Shown piece after piece: positions 46,321 to 56,800 of a stretch of 64,000 nucleotides of DNA. Made by a program: the position numbers and the translations under genes. The notes beneath the pieces are model-generated. The model was not told where the DNA came from, did no database searches, and saw nothing but the letters and a program-made list of their open reading frames with translations. Source of the DNA: a virus; the UHGV virus genome UHGV-0038492; one strand, written 5' to 3'. Positions within the stretch are counted from its first letter, which is position 1. Each line of letters opens with the position of its first letter.

Positions 46321-46689
46321 ATGCAAGCTCAGTTTTTTAATACCCCCAACGGGTTCGGTTTTAGATTCCCTGAATTTGTTTTACCAAAACAAGTTATTGA
46401 AGTACCCTTCCCCCGTTATGTGCTATTAGGACTGCGCACTGTACTTGCCAACTTTTCGGGAAAGACTGTGGAAATTCGTGTGTGGTCAGGTTCGGGAAGT
46501 CCTGGTGGTGTTTTGTTTGTCGATTACAATTGGATTAAAACTACAGGTTTTCCGCTTGTACGAAAAGTTGAAGCTGTACACGGATTATCCTTCCACACTC
46601 TACTAGGGGATTTATCGTTTCCTGAAACCGGCGATTATTCTTCTCCTGCGGATGACGAATACCAAATTCATCTTGTCTTGTTGAAATGA
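46321..46689 (+). CDS. hypothetical protein (122 aa)
   Basis: Track ORF; RBS AAAGGAGAA. Confidence 0.6.
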   Translation: MQAQFFNTPNGFGFRFPEFVLPKQVIEVPFPRYVLLGLRTVLANFSGKTVEIRVWSGSGSPGGVLFVDYNWIKTTGFPLVRKVEAVHGLSFHTLLGDLSFPETGDYSSPADDEYQIHLVLLK

Positions 46690-46750
46690 TTTTTACAGTT
46701 GGGAACAGACTTATGTCTCCCCGAACTACATTCAAGCGGAGAAAACGATT

Positions 46751-47299
46751 ATGCGTACATATATTCTCGAACTTGCAATTTCCGTAGAGGAACTTGTGGA
46801 AAAACTCGGTGGTACTGGTCGCGGACTTCATGAGAAGACCAAAAGCATAGCCTATCTTCTCGAACCAAAATACGAACGGAAACTCCATATGATTGCTTCC
46901 GTTCGCAACAAAGCCTCTCACAGGAGAATTCTTCCCGATCGCATAGACGTCTATGAACAGGCTGTGGAAGAAACGAGGCTCTATTTAGAAGAGCTGATTA
47001 AGAAAATTGAAGAACGGAAACGTCAACGGGCTGCGGAAATGAATGCCCGAGCTGCGGAGATAAACGCCAGATATCTAAATCGTGAAGCGTTGTGGAAACA
47101 GGTAGAAGACGAAATCGAACGTAATGAAGTTGAGACAGAACGCATGAGGGCGCAAGCCTTCTCAGCGAATACTGGCTCGTCTACTACGGAAGAGAAGAAA
47201 TGGTCCGATTTGACTGTAGTAGAAAAGATAGGTTGGGGTGCCGGTATTGCAATCATGGGAGCTGCGGTTGCGTACCTTAAAATAAAGTCTCGTGACTAA
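46751..47299 (+). CDS. hypothetical protein (182 aa) with RNxxxH motif, coiled coil and C-terminal TM helix
   Basis: IASVRNKASHRR contains an R-x4-H (HEPN-like) motif; C-terminal IGWGAGIAIMGAAVAYL is hydrophobic. Confidence 0.65.
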   Translation: MRTYILELAISVEELVEKLGGTGRGLHEKTKSIAYLLEPKYERKLHMIASVRNKASHRRILPDRIDVYEQAVEETRLYLEELIKKIEERKRQRAAEMNARAAEINARYLNREALWKQVEDEIERNEVETERMRAQAFSANTGSSTTEEKKWSDLTVVEKIGWGAGIAIMGAAVAYLKIKSRD

Positions 47300-47313
47300 A
47301 TCGGGTATCGGAA

Positions 47314-47859
47314 ATGAAACAAATACAGTTAACTGATCACGTTAATGCGTTTAAACACTTTCTGGATAACGCGGGTATAAAACCCGGCGAACAGACAGAC
47401 GCATGGACTGCACGTGTTTACGGAAGTATCGGCAAAGTCTGTGAATCCACGACGACACACGACGGGTTGTTTGTTGCTAAAGCAGTAGGTATTGCCTTGT
47501 GGGATATTGTCGCTCTAGTTTACGTGATGAATAACGGGGATTTACGTCCCCTTGAAAAATCACTGCACCGACTACTAGCCATTAAGAAATGGAAAAATGA
47601 ACATCCTGAGTCAATCGCGGTTACGTTGATGCCAGAAGCGGTACTTGCTATCAAAGCGGTACGAAGTTGTACCGCTCGCGCACAAATGGAGCGGCGTCTA
47701 CATCTCGCGACGCTCTTTTATCAATTGGCCAGAATTGTAAAGATGAACGGCCTAATCTTCGACCGGGTTCTACAGAACGGACGTATAAGTTGGACAGAAG
47801 AACTAAGTAGTTCTCCGTTCTATACAAAACTAAAACTTAAAGACATTTTGAAGGATTAA
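47314..47859 (+). CDS. hypothetical protein (181 aa)
   Basis: Track ORF. Confidence 0.65.
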   Translation: MKQIQLTDHVNAFKHFLDNAGIKPGEQTDAWTARVYGSIGKVCESTTTHDGLFVAKAVGIALWDIVALVYVMNNGDLRPLEKSLHRLLAIKKWKNEHPESIAVTLMPEAVLAIKAVRSCTARAQMERRLHLATLFYQLARIVKMNGLIFDRVLQNGRISWTEELSSSPFYTKLKLKDILKD

Positions 47860-47860
47860 C

Positions 47861-48169
47861 ATGGAAAACTATTCGGGTTGGGCAATTTCGCAGTGCATTG
47901 GCTATTCTTTACGTTCTTTAGTGCGTACACTTTATAACAAAAACTCGGGTGAAAGCATTTCACCACAGTTACTGGGCAAATTGGAAGTCGAAGTTAACCA
48001 CAAATTAAAACAGTTACTCGACAGCCACGTAAGAACATTGCGTTGGGAGTTTTTGTTACGTGGTAAAAAGCCGTCAATTACCGTTGTAGCAGAAGGCAGT
48101 GAAATCGTTCTCCAATCCAACGCAGACCTGTTTGAAATTTTAACTGAACTAGAAAAGGACAAAATCTGA
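47861..48169 (+). CDS. hypothetical protein (102 aa)
   Basis: Track ORF. Confidence 0.6.
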   Translation: MENYSGWAISQCIGYSLRSLVRTLYNKNSGESISPQLLGKLEVEVNHKLKQLLDSHVRTLRWEFLLRGKKPSITVVAEGSEIVLQSNADLFEILTELEKDKI

Positions 48170-49209
48170 TGAAACAGTATTTAGCATTAATGCAAGACAT
48201 TCTGGATAACGGTGTTGTCAAGAAAGATCGTACAGGCGTAGGGACACTTTCTGTGTTTGGTCGTCAACTACGTTTTGACCTGAAAGAAGGTTTCCCATTA
48301 GTTACTACGAAAAAGGTTCACCTGAAAAGTATCATTCACGAACTACTGTGGTTCTTAGACGGTGACACTAATGTGAAGTACCTGCAAGAGAACGGGGTAA
48401 AAATCTGGAACGAATGGGCGAATGAAGAAGGGGAATTAGGTCCTGTCTACGGACAACAGTGGCGGGAATGGATGGACACCAAAATGCTTTATCTTTGGGA
48501 CGAGCGTAGTAAAGACGTGTTGAGAAAGCGGGGATATCACTACATTGGGACTATTGCAGAGGACAACCCTGAAGAAAGTATCGTTATTTATAGCAAATCT
48601 CACGACCAGATCAGCAAAGTCATCCAACAACTTCGTGAAGATCCTGACTCCCGCCGTATTATTGTTAGTTCCTGGAACGTAAGTGATCTGGACGATATGG
48701 CACTTAACCCGTGTCACAACTACTTCCAATTCTACACAACGGAAATGTCACTACTTGAGAGACTGGAATGGTACGAAGTAAACGAACCGGAAAAAATTGC
48801 GAGCGCACCGCTTATTAAACACGAAGATATTGATGATGAAGAACGACTTCATGTAACTTTAGATCGTGAAGGTATTCCGCGTCGTAAACTTTCGTGTTTC
48901 TTCCTGATGCGATCAAATGACGTGTTCTTAGGTTTACCGTTCAACATCGCTTCGTACGCGTTGTTAACACACATCGTTGCTCAACAACTGAACATGGTTC
49001 CAGACGAACTTGTTTACAGTGGTGTAGATGTCCATCTGTACTCTAACCATCTGGAGCAAGCAAAACTTCAGCTTACACGCGAACCTTACCCGTTACCTAA
49101 ACTCGTTATCAAACGTAAACCTGATTCTATCTTCGAATACAAATACGAAGACTTCGAATTAGTCGGCTATCAAGCTCATCCACATATTGCGGCCCCTGTC
49201 GCGGTTTAA
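48169..49209 (+). CDS. thyA: thymidylate synthase (ThyA family) with two insertions; could alternatively be a dUMP hydroxymethylase
   Basis: Near-identical to bacterial ThyA in the conserved blocks: [51 protein letters not shown], catalytic [29 protein letters not shown]-terminal PVAV; about 35-aa and 45-aa insertions relative to E. coli ThyA (recalled from memory). Confidence 0.9.
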   Translation: MKQYLALMQDILDNGVVKKDRTGVGTLSVFGRQLRFDLKEGFPLVTTKKVHLKSIIHELLWFLDGDTNVKYLQENGVKIWNEWANEEGELGPVYGQQWREWMDTKMLYLWDERSKDVLRKRGYHYIGTIAEDNPEESIVIYSKSHDQISKVIQQLREDPDSRRIIVSSWNVSDLDDMALNPCHNYFQFYTTEMSLLERLEWYEVNEPEKIASAPLIKHEDIDDEERLHVTLDREGIPRRKLSCFFLMRSNDVFLGLPFNIASYALLTHIVAQQLNMVPDELVYSGVDVHLYSNHLEQAKLQLTREPYPLPKLVIKRKPDSIFEYKYEDFELVGYQAHPHIAAPVAV

Positions 49210-49239
49210 ATTACCACCTAATTAAAAGGGTATGATAAA

Positions 49240-49686
49240 ATGTCTAAAACTCATGTTAACTATAACATCGTAGTAGAAGAATTATCAAAAGGTTTAACCG
49301 ATCTGGATTCTAAAGATAACCCGTTTACCGAACGTTATGGTCCCAATGCTTTATCTGAATTTCGTACTATCCGCTACGGTACAGGCAGACAGATGGGGCT
49401 TACAGACTTTGCTGTTGAATTAGCTAAGAACCATAAAGGGAAAGTGTTGTTCGTTAACCCAAAAGGGTTCTTAGAAGACGATGTGCTATTCCGTTTGGGT
49501 CTCGAAGAATTACCGGAGAATATCACACAAATCAGCGGTTACCAAATGGGTACAGAAAAAGAAAAATACAGCCTTGTCATTGTAGACGACGCTGGGGTTT
49601 TCTTTAGCATGTTCCGTTACATGAAGTTCTTCCGCTTACTTGCAAACTCAGTAACTAAAGACGTTGTAATCCATTTAATGGGTTAA
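49240..49686 (+). CDS. hypothetical protein (148 aa)
   Basis: Track ORF. Confidence 0.6.
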   Translation: MSKTHVNYNIVVEELSKGLTDLDSKDNPFTERYGPNALSEFRTIRYGTGRQMGLTDFAVELAKNHKGKVLFVNPKGFLEDDVLFRLGLEELPENITQISGYQMGTEKEKYSLVIVDDAGVFFSMFRYMKFFRLLANSVTKDVVIHLMG

Positions 49687-49717
49687 TTAGAACCTATCAC
49701 ATTCGAGTGGAAATCTA

Positions 49718-49942
49718 ATGAAGAAGCCACGCTTTCACAGCCTGAGATACTTTACAGGTACTCTATATTTTATTGGCTACAACCGTGTACGTAAGGGTCC
49801 TGGTAAATCGAAGATGCGCATCGTGCGATATAAAGAAACGCCGCCAGGTCTAGCACCGATGGCGAAACTTCTGTCGCCGTTCGCTAACCTTAATATCAAA
49901 ACTGTTAACCCCTTTGTAAGAAATTTGGAAACTAAAAAATGA
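49718..49942 (+). CDS. small basic ORF (74 aa)
   Basis: Track ORF; weak RBS; real-gene status uncertain. Confidence 0.3.
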   Translation: MKKPRFHSLRYFTGTLYFIGYNRVRKGPGKSKMRIVRYKETPPGLAPMAKLLSPFANLNIKTVNPFVRNLETKK

Positions 49943-50082
49943 CTGAAGAAGTTAAAGTAGAAACCGTTAAAGAAACTGACGAATTTGCAATCCCTGGCTT
50001 AGACCCGGAAGCGACCGTAGAGAAGGGTGCTGACCCAACTACGGAAGACGATAACTGCTCAGGCGGGGCTTGCAAAATTTAA
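49939..50082 (+). CDS. small acidic ORF (47 aa, ends ...DDNCSGGACKI)
   Basis: ATG overlaps the preceding stop (ATGA); followed by a terminator hairpin; too short for the track. Confidence 0.3.
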   Translation: MTEEVKVETVKETDEFAIPGLDPEATVEKGADPTTEDDNCSGGACKI

Positions 50083-50090
50083 CAGTTCAC

Positions 50091-50130
50091 GGGGTGCTTA
50101 TGTAGCACCCCTAATCATTATTCTTTTTTT
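50091..50130 (+). terminator. hairpin terminator (GGGGTGCT / AGCACCCC)
   Basis: 8-bp stem 50091-50098 / 50104-50111; T-run TTCTTTTTTTG about 10 nt downstream. Confidence 0.6.
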
Positions 50131-50152
50131 GTTAATCTAATGGAGTTTTAGA

Positions 50153-50983
50153 ATGGGCGAACGTTTTGACATCAACGCTATTTACAACATCGTAGTTAAT
50201 CCTGGTCAACACCTGGAAGAAGTTAACGCACAACTGCGTGCTCTGAATGAGAAGGCAATACAGTTCGACGCCATTTACACAATCGGTGTAAACCCTGGTA
50301 CCAGTCGTATTCGCGTGGAAGGTAAACGACACACCGGCACTCAAGAACTGGACATCGAAACGATTGAAGCACCGATTAAACTTACCGACGCCGTTTATAA
50401 CGGTACGGTAATGCACACCGTGTCGGTTCCGGTCTATTCTATTGCGAACTGTGCAGAACATGTTAAAGGCTGGTCTAAAGAACGCGGCATCCTCGATAAC
50501 GGTAAACTGGAAACTCAAATCACGAAATTCTTTGAAGAGTTTGGTGAAATCGCAACAGGTATCAGTAAAAACAAACCTGAACTGATCATGGATGGCATCG
50601 GTGATGCGTTAGTGGTTTTAGTGAACATCCTGGAACTGGGTAAAGACAAACTGTCTGGTGAAATGACAACCGCTGAAATCATCGAGCACGGTTTACAATT
50701 GCAGGTAGATGATGTCGCTGACGTTGAAGAACGTTTTGATGACAACGGGTATCCGCACCATTTGTATCTCCACGCTACCGAAATCTTCGCTACCGCATTT
50801 ATTCGCTCCGATGCTGGGTTCGATCAACTTAACTGGGCTTTGTACCGCCTTGCGAAACTGGCTCTCTACTATCGTCTTGACATTCGTCATTGTTTCTCTC
50901 TAGCCTGGCACGAAATCAAAGACCGTAAAGGCTATCTGAACGCTGACGGTATCTTTGTAAAAGAAGCAGATTTGGCGAAATAA
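50153..50983 (+). CDS. MazG-like nucleoside triphosphate pyrophosphohydrolase with N-terminal extension (276 aa)
   Basis: ITKFFEEFGEIATGI ... DGIGDALVVLVNILE ... AWHEIKDRKG resemble the MazG EExxE / D-loop helices. Confidence 0.7.
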   Translation: MGERFDINAIYNIVVNPGQHLEEVNAQLRALNEKAIQFDAIYTIGVNPGTSRIRVEGKRHTGTQELDIETIEAPIKLTDAVYNGTVMHTVSVPVYSIANCAEHVKGWSKERGILDNGKLETQITKFFEEFGEIATGISKNKPELIMDGIGDALVVLVNILELGKDKLSGEMTTAEIIEHGLQLQVDDVADVEERFDDNGYPHHLYLHATEIFATAFIRSDAGFDQLNWALYRLAKLALYYRLDIRHCFSLAWHEIKDRKGYLNADGIFVKEADLAK

Positions 50984-50991
50984 ATAAAAGT

Positions 50992-51028
50992 ACCTACCTC
51001 CGAAAGGAGGTAGGTTAACTTTCTTTTT
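50992..51028. terminator. bidirectional terminator (ACCTACCTCC / GGAGGTAGGT, GAAA loop)
   Basis: 10-bp stem 50992-51001 / 51006-51015, followed by TAACTTTCTTTTTTTTCTTTTTTT; U-rich on the other strand as well; between convergent gene ends 50983 (+) and 51038 (-). Confidence 0.85.
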
Positions 51029-51037
51029 TTTCTTTTT

Positions 51038-51601
51038 TTAGGCGTCTGGAACGATTCCAGAAGAGATATACGTCAAACCGTCAAGTTCGGTAACTTTAAT
51101 CAGTTTCGAAATATCCTTACCGTCAGACGGCAGTTCAGTTAAGTACACTTCCAACTGACCTGTCCAAGCCAAAGATCTCCCGTTCATGATAATGATGGTT
51201 TTATCTCTGCTGTCTGGTGCAGCCGTTGGGTTCTCAACTTCGTCATCCGTAATCTGCAAGTTATACTTCGTACGGAACAGTTCCAATACTTCAGAAACGG
51301 TAGTAGCGTTCACACCTGCGACAGAGACAACGAAATCACCCAACAGATGTTCCAAATCCAACCGACGATAAATAACGTCAATTTTACCAAACGTTTTTTG
51401 TTCAATAATTCCCTGGACGCTGAGTTGAGTATTTAATCGTGTAAATTGAGTTTCTGGTGTTTCTACTGCGGGGATATGTGCCGGTGTGCCGAAATTCAAT
51501 TTATCGATTGTAATACCTTTCTCTACCAAACCTGGATTCTTTTTTACTAATAACTCATAAACCAGTTGTTTTCCTGATTTACCTAATAGCGTATTAGCCA
51601 T
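51038..51601 (-). CDS. hypothetical virion-module protein (187 aa)
   Basis: Track ORF; last gene of the minus-strand operon with the 2377-aa and 733-aa genes. Confidence 0.7.
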   Translation of the reverse strand: MANTLLGKSGKQLVYELLVKKNPGLVEKGITIDKLNFGTPAHIPAVETPETQFTRLNTQLSVQGIIEQKTFGKIDVIYRRLDLEHLLGDFVVSVAGVNATTVSEVLELFRTKYNLQITDDEVENPTAAPDSRDKTIIIMNGRSLAWTGQLEVYLTELPSDGKDISKLIKVTELDGLTYISSGIVPDA

Positions 51602-51617
51602 TATTTCCTCTCAAACA

Positions 51618-53819
51618 TTAACGTGCTTGCGGCAGGAAGATGTTCGCGATCTGGCGTGCTGGGATAACATCCAGTGCCGAGTTAATAAAACTACCCTGTG
51701 ACCATGCAGATGCCCAGTTTTGTGCCCAGATGCTCGCATTAATCTTGGCACGCGCAATACCGTTAGTACGTTCGTACAACGTAGCACCACCTAAACACGC
51801 CATAAATTCACTGAATTTGTTATCATCATCCCACACACCTGTGTCAGTAACAATGGGCATGTACATAACGCGAGTCAAATCACGAATAGTAACAGAGATG
51901 TCGCAAGACAGTGGGACGGAATCACCTGGCCGCCAACCTAAACCACCCACACCGAACTGTAACGACATCGACGTTACCATCGCATTACGGAACGAGAAAC
52001 GTCCTTGAGAGTAACACTCTAAGTAGAACGGGTGGGTAAAGGATTGTTTACCGGTTGCGAGCGGACACACTGCTGCAATCCAAAACGAAAGCGGAACTAA
52101 CAAATCCTGGAAAATATCCAGGTCGTTACCCGACCAACAACGTAAAGGAATGGTTAAAGTAATGTCGTCTCCTGATGCGTCAGAACTATCCCAGACTTCT
52201 GGGAAGTCTATCACCGAGGAGTTGTACAACGACATTATCCCTGTCAAATGTAGGGTGTCTGCAACGCCTCGCATCGCTGACTTAATACCGGAAACTAAAG
52301 CATCGACCGCACTAAAACCGGTTTGTCCACCCGACAGGTTAACCTCCAACGAACGCGCTTTTGCTGTTGCGGAGTTTACCATCCCGGAAATTTCAGGTTC
52401 TTTCGTGGAGTTAGAGAACGAACGCGAAACGGTGTCTTTACCATCAATACGCCAAGTAACCCATTGTGAACCGTTCTTAATCTCTGACAGGACGTTATCG
52501 CCAACATCCGCAACCATATCGGTAAACTCTTTAAAGAACGTTCCTACTTTGGATTCATCTTTACCTTTGTTCATCCAATCTTGAACTTCGACAATATCGC
52601 CCTCAGTAAGATCCTCCGGGTTCTTTTCATCCAACGTAGAATTCAACTGCTTAGCTGCTGCCGCACGTTTCTCCATAGCCTGACGGGTTTTTTCCTGCTC
52701 TGACTGGATTTCTGCGGCTTGCTGTTGTAGTTCATTAGCGGTACCACCCACCACCAGGCTATTACTCATCTGTCCGATGAGCTGGTCTTCCTGACTGTCA
52801 ATATCCTGTATCGGAGAAGCGTAACCACCCTTTTCACTTCTGGCAACTTTTTCCAAGTCGTATAGTGAGACTTCGAACTGTTCTGCTTTTAGACGTACGT
52901 TATCGCTGTAAGTAGCATTATAGTAAAACGCACGTAAGCGACTAGCAAACAATTCTTCATCGTCACCGGATTCTACACGAATCGCATCGATAGTTTTAGC
53001 CTGATAGTTCGCCAAGGTCTGGTAACGGTTAATCATTCGGTAAATGTCAAACTCACCGTTCGCTTTCCAGACTTCGGGTAAGGATTTATACCACTCTTCA
53101 CGATCTTTATGGTAACTATTTTCTTTGCTTTCGGTATCGTAGCCCAACGCAAAAGTCCCTAACACCCCTGTAGGTACCAAACGACGGTAAATTAGCTGGG
53201 TATTCAGGATGTTTTGCACCGCGCGCAAATACAGATGCATTGTGGGCTTAACGTAATAGTATCTTGACGTTTCTTTATTCAGCGCTGCCGAAAGAATTCT
53301 CGGTGTAATCAGAATCACCGCAAACGCTACAGTACCCACCGTCGCCCAAATAGCAGCCGCACCGATATACGATGCTGCTGTTCGAATAATTCCTGGATAG
53401 TCACCTGTACGCGCAAGATACGCCAGGTTAGAATCGTACATGTTCGCAAAGAACGAAGCCATACCCAGATACTTCGGTTTACCGAAACGGCAATGAACGT
53501 AAAATGAGTTCTGGCTGATACTTTCGTAGTAATACGTCCCTAAGCGATAAGACCCTGCGGCTGAGGAGTTATAAAGAGACTCGGTACCGCTCTTAGTCGT
53601 GTCGGGTTGTGCAAACGCGCCTGTTGAGGAAGGGTCTGCAAAAAGTGTAAACTGGGGCGGTGTGTTAATCGCTTTACTGCCACCAACTGTGGTGTCTTCA
53701 AACGACATCATACCACCGGAATAGCGGCGCAAGGCCAGGAAACGTTCATCTCGGCCATCGACTGCGCCATTAAATAGGTTTTTGACCCAGCTTGAGTCGT
53801 TAACTGTTCTAGCGTCCAC
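51618..53819 (-). CDS. putative virion structural protein (733 aa)
   Basis: Track ORF; immediately downstream of the 2377-aa gene on the same strand. Confidence 0.75.
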   Translation of the reverse strand: MDARTVNDSSWVKNLFNGAVDGRDERFLALRRYSGGMMSFEDTTVGGSKAINTPPQFTLFADPSSTGAFAQPDTTKSGTESLYNSSAAGSYRLGTYYYESISQNSFYVHCRFGKPKYLGMASFFANMYDSNLAYLARTGDYPGIIRTAASYIGAAAIWATVGTVAFAVILITPRILSAALNKETSRYYYVKPTMHLYLRAVQNILNTQLIYRRLVPTGVLGTFALGYDTESKENSYHKDREEWYKSLPEVWKANGEFDIYRMINRYQTLANYQAKTIDAIRVESGDDEELFASRLRAFYYNATYSDNVRLKAEQFEVSLYDLEKVARSEKGGYASPIQDIDSQEDQLIGQMSNSLVVGGTANELQQQAAEIQSEQEKTRQAMEKRAAAAKQLNSTLDEKNPEDLTEGDIVEVQDWMNKGKDESKVGTFFKEFTDMVADVGDNVLSEIKNGSQWVTWRIDGKDTVSRSFSNSTKEPEISGMVNSATAKARSLEVNLSGGQTGFSAVDALVSGIKSAMRGVADTLHLTGIMSLYNSSVIDFPEVWDSSDASGDDITLTIPLRCWSGNDLDIFQDLLVPLSFWIAAVCPLATGKQSFTHPFYLECYSQGRFSFRNAMVTSMSLQFGVGGLGWRPGDSVPLSCDISVTIRDLTRVMYMPIVTDTGVWDDDNKFSEFMACLGGATLYERTNGIARAKINASIWAQNWASAWSQGSFINSALDVIPARQIANIFLPQAR

Positions 53820-53864
53820 TTTCTACCTCTTTAAGATGGGGGTGGTTTCCCACCCCCGTATGTA

Positions 53865-56800
53865 TTAACCTGCACGTCTAACGTTAAGCTGTCGTGCTGG
53901 CTGTTCAACGGACATTTGTCGTGATGCTGAACCTGCTGGTGCCGTAGGTTTAGACGATACAGTGTTTTGTACCGGCTGCGGGCGTTGTTTAAGGATCGTG
54001 ACAATCTCTTTGAGATAACCCGCCGATTCTTTTGCAACAGCCAACTGTTGAACACTAATCGGATCACCACTGCTGAGAGTAGGCCCGTTTTGTGCATCAG
54101 AAGTAACCGCAGGTGCCGGTTTACTCGTCGCTGCTGCACGCTGCACAGCACCTTCTTTCACCTTCTCGACATCCTCTTCCGGCAACCCTTCATTTCTGGC
54201 TCCGGCTGCAACAGTCTCCCCAATCACTGAGGCATCACCGCCTGCACTACTACCGCCAGGTGACGGTACTGCTGGGCCACCACTGGTTGCGGCTTTGACG
54301 TTGTCAGCACCCATCGCGCCTTTCTCTGCTAACGCATCGTCACGACGCTCAGCATTCGATGCAGGTAGGTTATCAGCCGGATCAGAAATCGACGGATCAT
54401 TAGCTGCTCCTGCTGCTACCGCCGGAGAGGAGGCAACCGCAGGCGTTAGCCCTTTCACCATGTCTTTCGTTGAAGCCGGATTAGCCGCAATTTCGTTTGT
54501 CGCCACAGCACCCATGCGGCGGTTCAGTTCATTAATAACTTCACCAACAGTACGAATACGAACAATCTGTTTGCCACGCATTTCGTAGAAGACCCCCTTA
54601 TTACCTCTAAGGATTTGAGGAGTAATGCCTTCTGCTTTGTCGGCTGGCATGTTCGGATTCTGACGCCACGCATTAAGGAACTTCTTACCACCGCCTGGAC
54701 CCAAGAAGTGATACAGATACGCAACAGCCGGAGGCGGCTCTACACCACCCAGGTCTTTCTGCGCCTGCATGATATTGTCACGAATAAACTGTACGCCGAG
54801 GATGGTATTTGCCCACGGGTCATACTGGTTTACTTGCGGTATACCGTACCGACGAGAATATCCTTTCATCATTCCAGACCACGTTTTGTCAATGAACTGG
54901 AACAACCCTGCTGCCGACGCACCTGGGTTCTTGACACCGTATTTGAAACCAGATTCGGCGTTCGCCATCGCAATCGCGACCGCAGGCGGAACACCTAAGG
55001 TATTTGCGACATCCGCAATCATCGCTTTAACGCCGTCTACGTTAGGTGACTCACCACTACCCAGTTTACTGATTGGATATTTCTCAGCCAAGGTTTTGTA
55101 GTCACCCTCTTTGACGTCTCCGAGTTTAATCCCAGATTGGCCCGTAGAGAACTTCGCGTAATTGCTAATACCCATCTCACCCACAACTTGAGACAAGTCG
55201 CCCGGAGTACCGTAAGACGCACCACCGTTTGGCAAGTACCCATCGTTAGACGCTGTACCCCAATCAACGACACCTTTGAAACGATCTTTGGTGTCTTCGT
55301 CGGTTTGGTACATTCTCGTCGCACGATCGGCTTTCTGCCACTTCGCACGTTTACCCGCTGCGGGTGTAGACCGCAGGGTATTACGAACAGCCAGGTCAGG
55401 TTCTTTGGACAGTTCTTTCAGGTTGGCAAGTTCGGTAGCAACAGAACCTGCGTCGGTGTTTGCTTCTTCACCCAGTGGGTTGAATGGAATCTCCCACACG
55501 GACTGACGAATACCACCCTTCATGTTGTAAGCGCCACGAATCATCAACGCCAATTCGTACATGAACCCACCGGATACTTTCAGTTCGGTAGGGTCTGCTT
55601 GCGGAATGTAACGTTTCAGACCAACAACGTAGGTCATATACGCCGGTAAGAAACGGTTGTAGAACCAGTTCTTACAACGCTCCTCTTTAGGGCCACCTAT
55701 CAGGTCAGGCGAGATAACCGCAATGGCTTCTTTCCAGTTGCCTTTATAGGTACAGTTCTTCACATCAATGTCTTTCAACACGTTCTTCTCTAACAGCGTG
55801 AAAAGATTACGTGTTGTTTGGTTGATAGTAACTGCGCCATAGGTCTTCCACCTGATCGATTCCAGGTCTTCCAAATCGCTTTTCTTCGGTAACGAATGCC
55901 AATCAACTTGGATTTGAACCTGCTCGGTTCCATCTTCCCAACCTTCAACCTTCGCAACTTTCTCGTTACGTTCAGCATCCGCATTCGCCAGTACCTGACT
56001 GGTTTCAGCAACAGACGCAACTTTATGTCCTTCGACAGCGTCACGCATACCCGAACGTTGTTTCCGTTTGTCGTCAGTACGCATGTTGATTGACCGCCAC
56101 ACACGTTCCTGTGCTTCGACAACCTCTTCCCCTGACAAGAACTCTGCCGGAGTAAAGGTAACGAAGTCCCACGCTTTAGAGAACCAACCCTGGTTAACTT
56201 TACGCGGGTCAGTCAACGAACGGAACTCCGCAGAATCTTTACCCATCTTCATTTTGTTGTAGAGGGTAATCATGTCCGCTTTCGACACTTTCTTCGGATC
56301 ACCGACATCTGCTAGAGCGATATCGTTATCCATGGACTTCAGTGCTGAAATCCAGCGGAGGTAAATCGGTGCGAAACGTTGTAGCATAAACGCAGTAAAT
56401 GCTAACATCTCACCACGTTCTTCTAAGTTAACACCGAACCCTTCTGCGAGTTTCTTCACGTCTTCGGAAGACAAGCCACGTAATTGTGCTTCACCCCCTT
56501 CGGTATACGAGACGTAAGGTTTCAAAGCGTCTTCTAAATAACGGGCTTTCATACCGTCTTCAGAAGACCACTGGTCGTAGTCACGGAAACCGTATTGTGC
56601 CAGACGCATATAGTCGAGGTATTGTGCTTTCACACGGGTGGCGCATTTATACGCCCAATAACCCAGACCAGCGACAGTCGCACCGATCGCAATTGCAGGC
56701 CATCCCACCGCCGCTACCACCGTAGACGCAGCCGAGGCTACCGCAGTCACTGCCGGAACCGCTAAACGTTGTACGGCAAACTTACCAACGTTCCACGCTG

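Noticed and set aside
48169-49209. Possibility that the insertions in the TS homologue are an intron or intein
   Set aside because: The ORF is continuous and in frame, the inserts are only about 35 and 45 aa, and no intein splice-junction or group I intron features are evident
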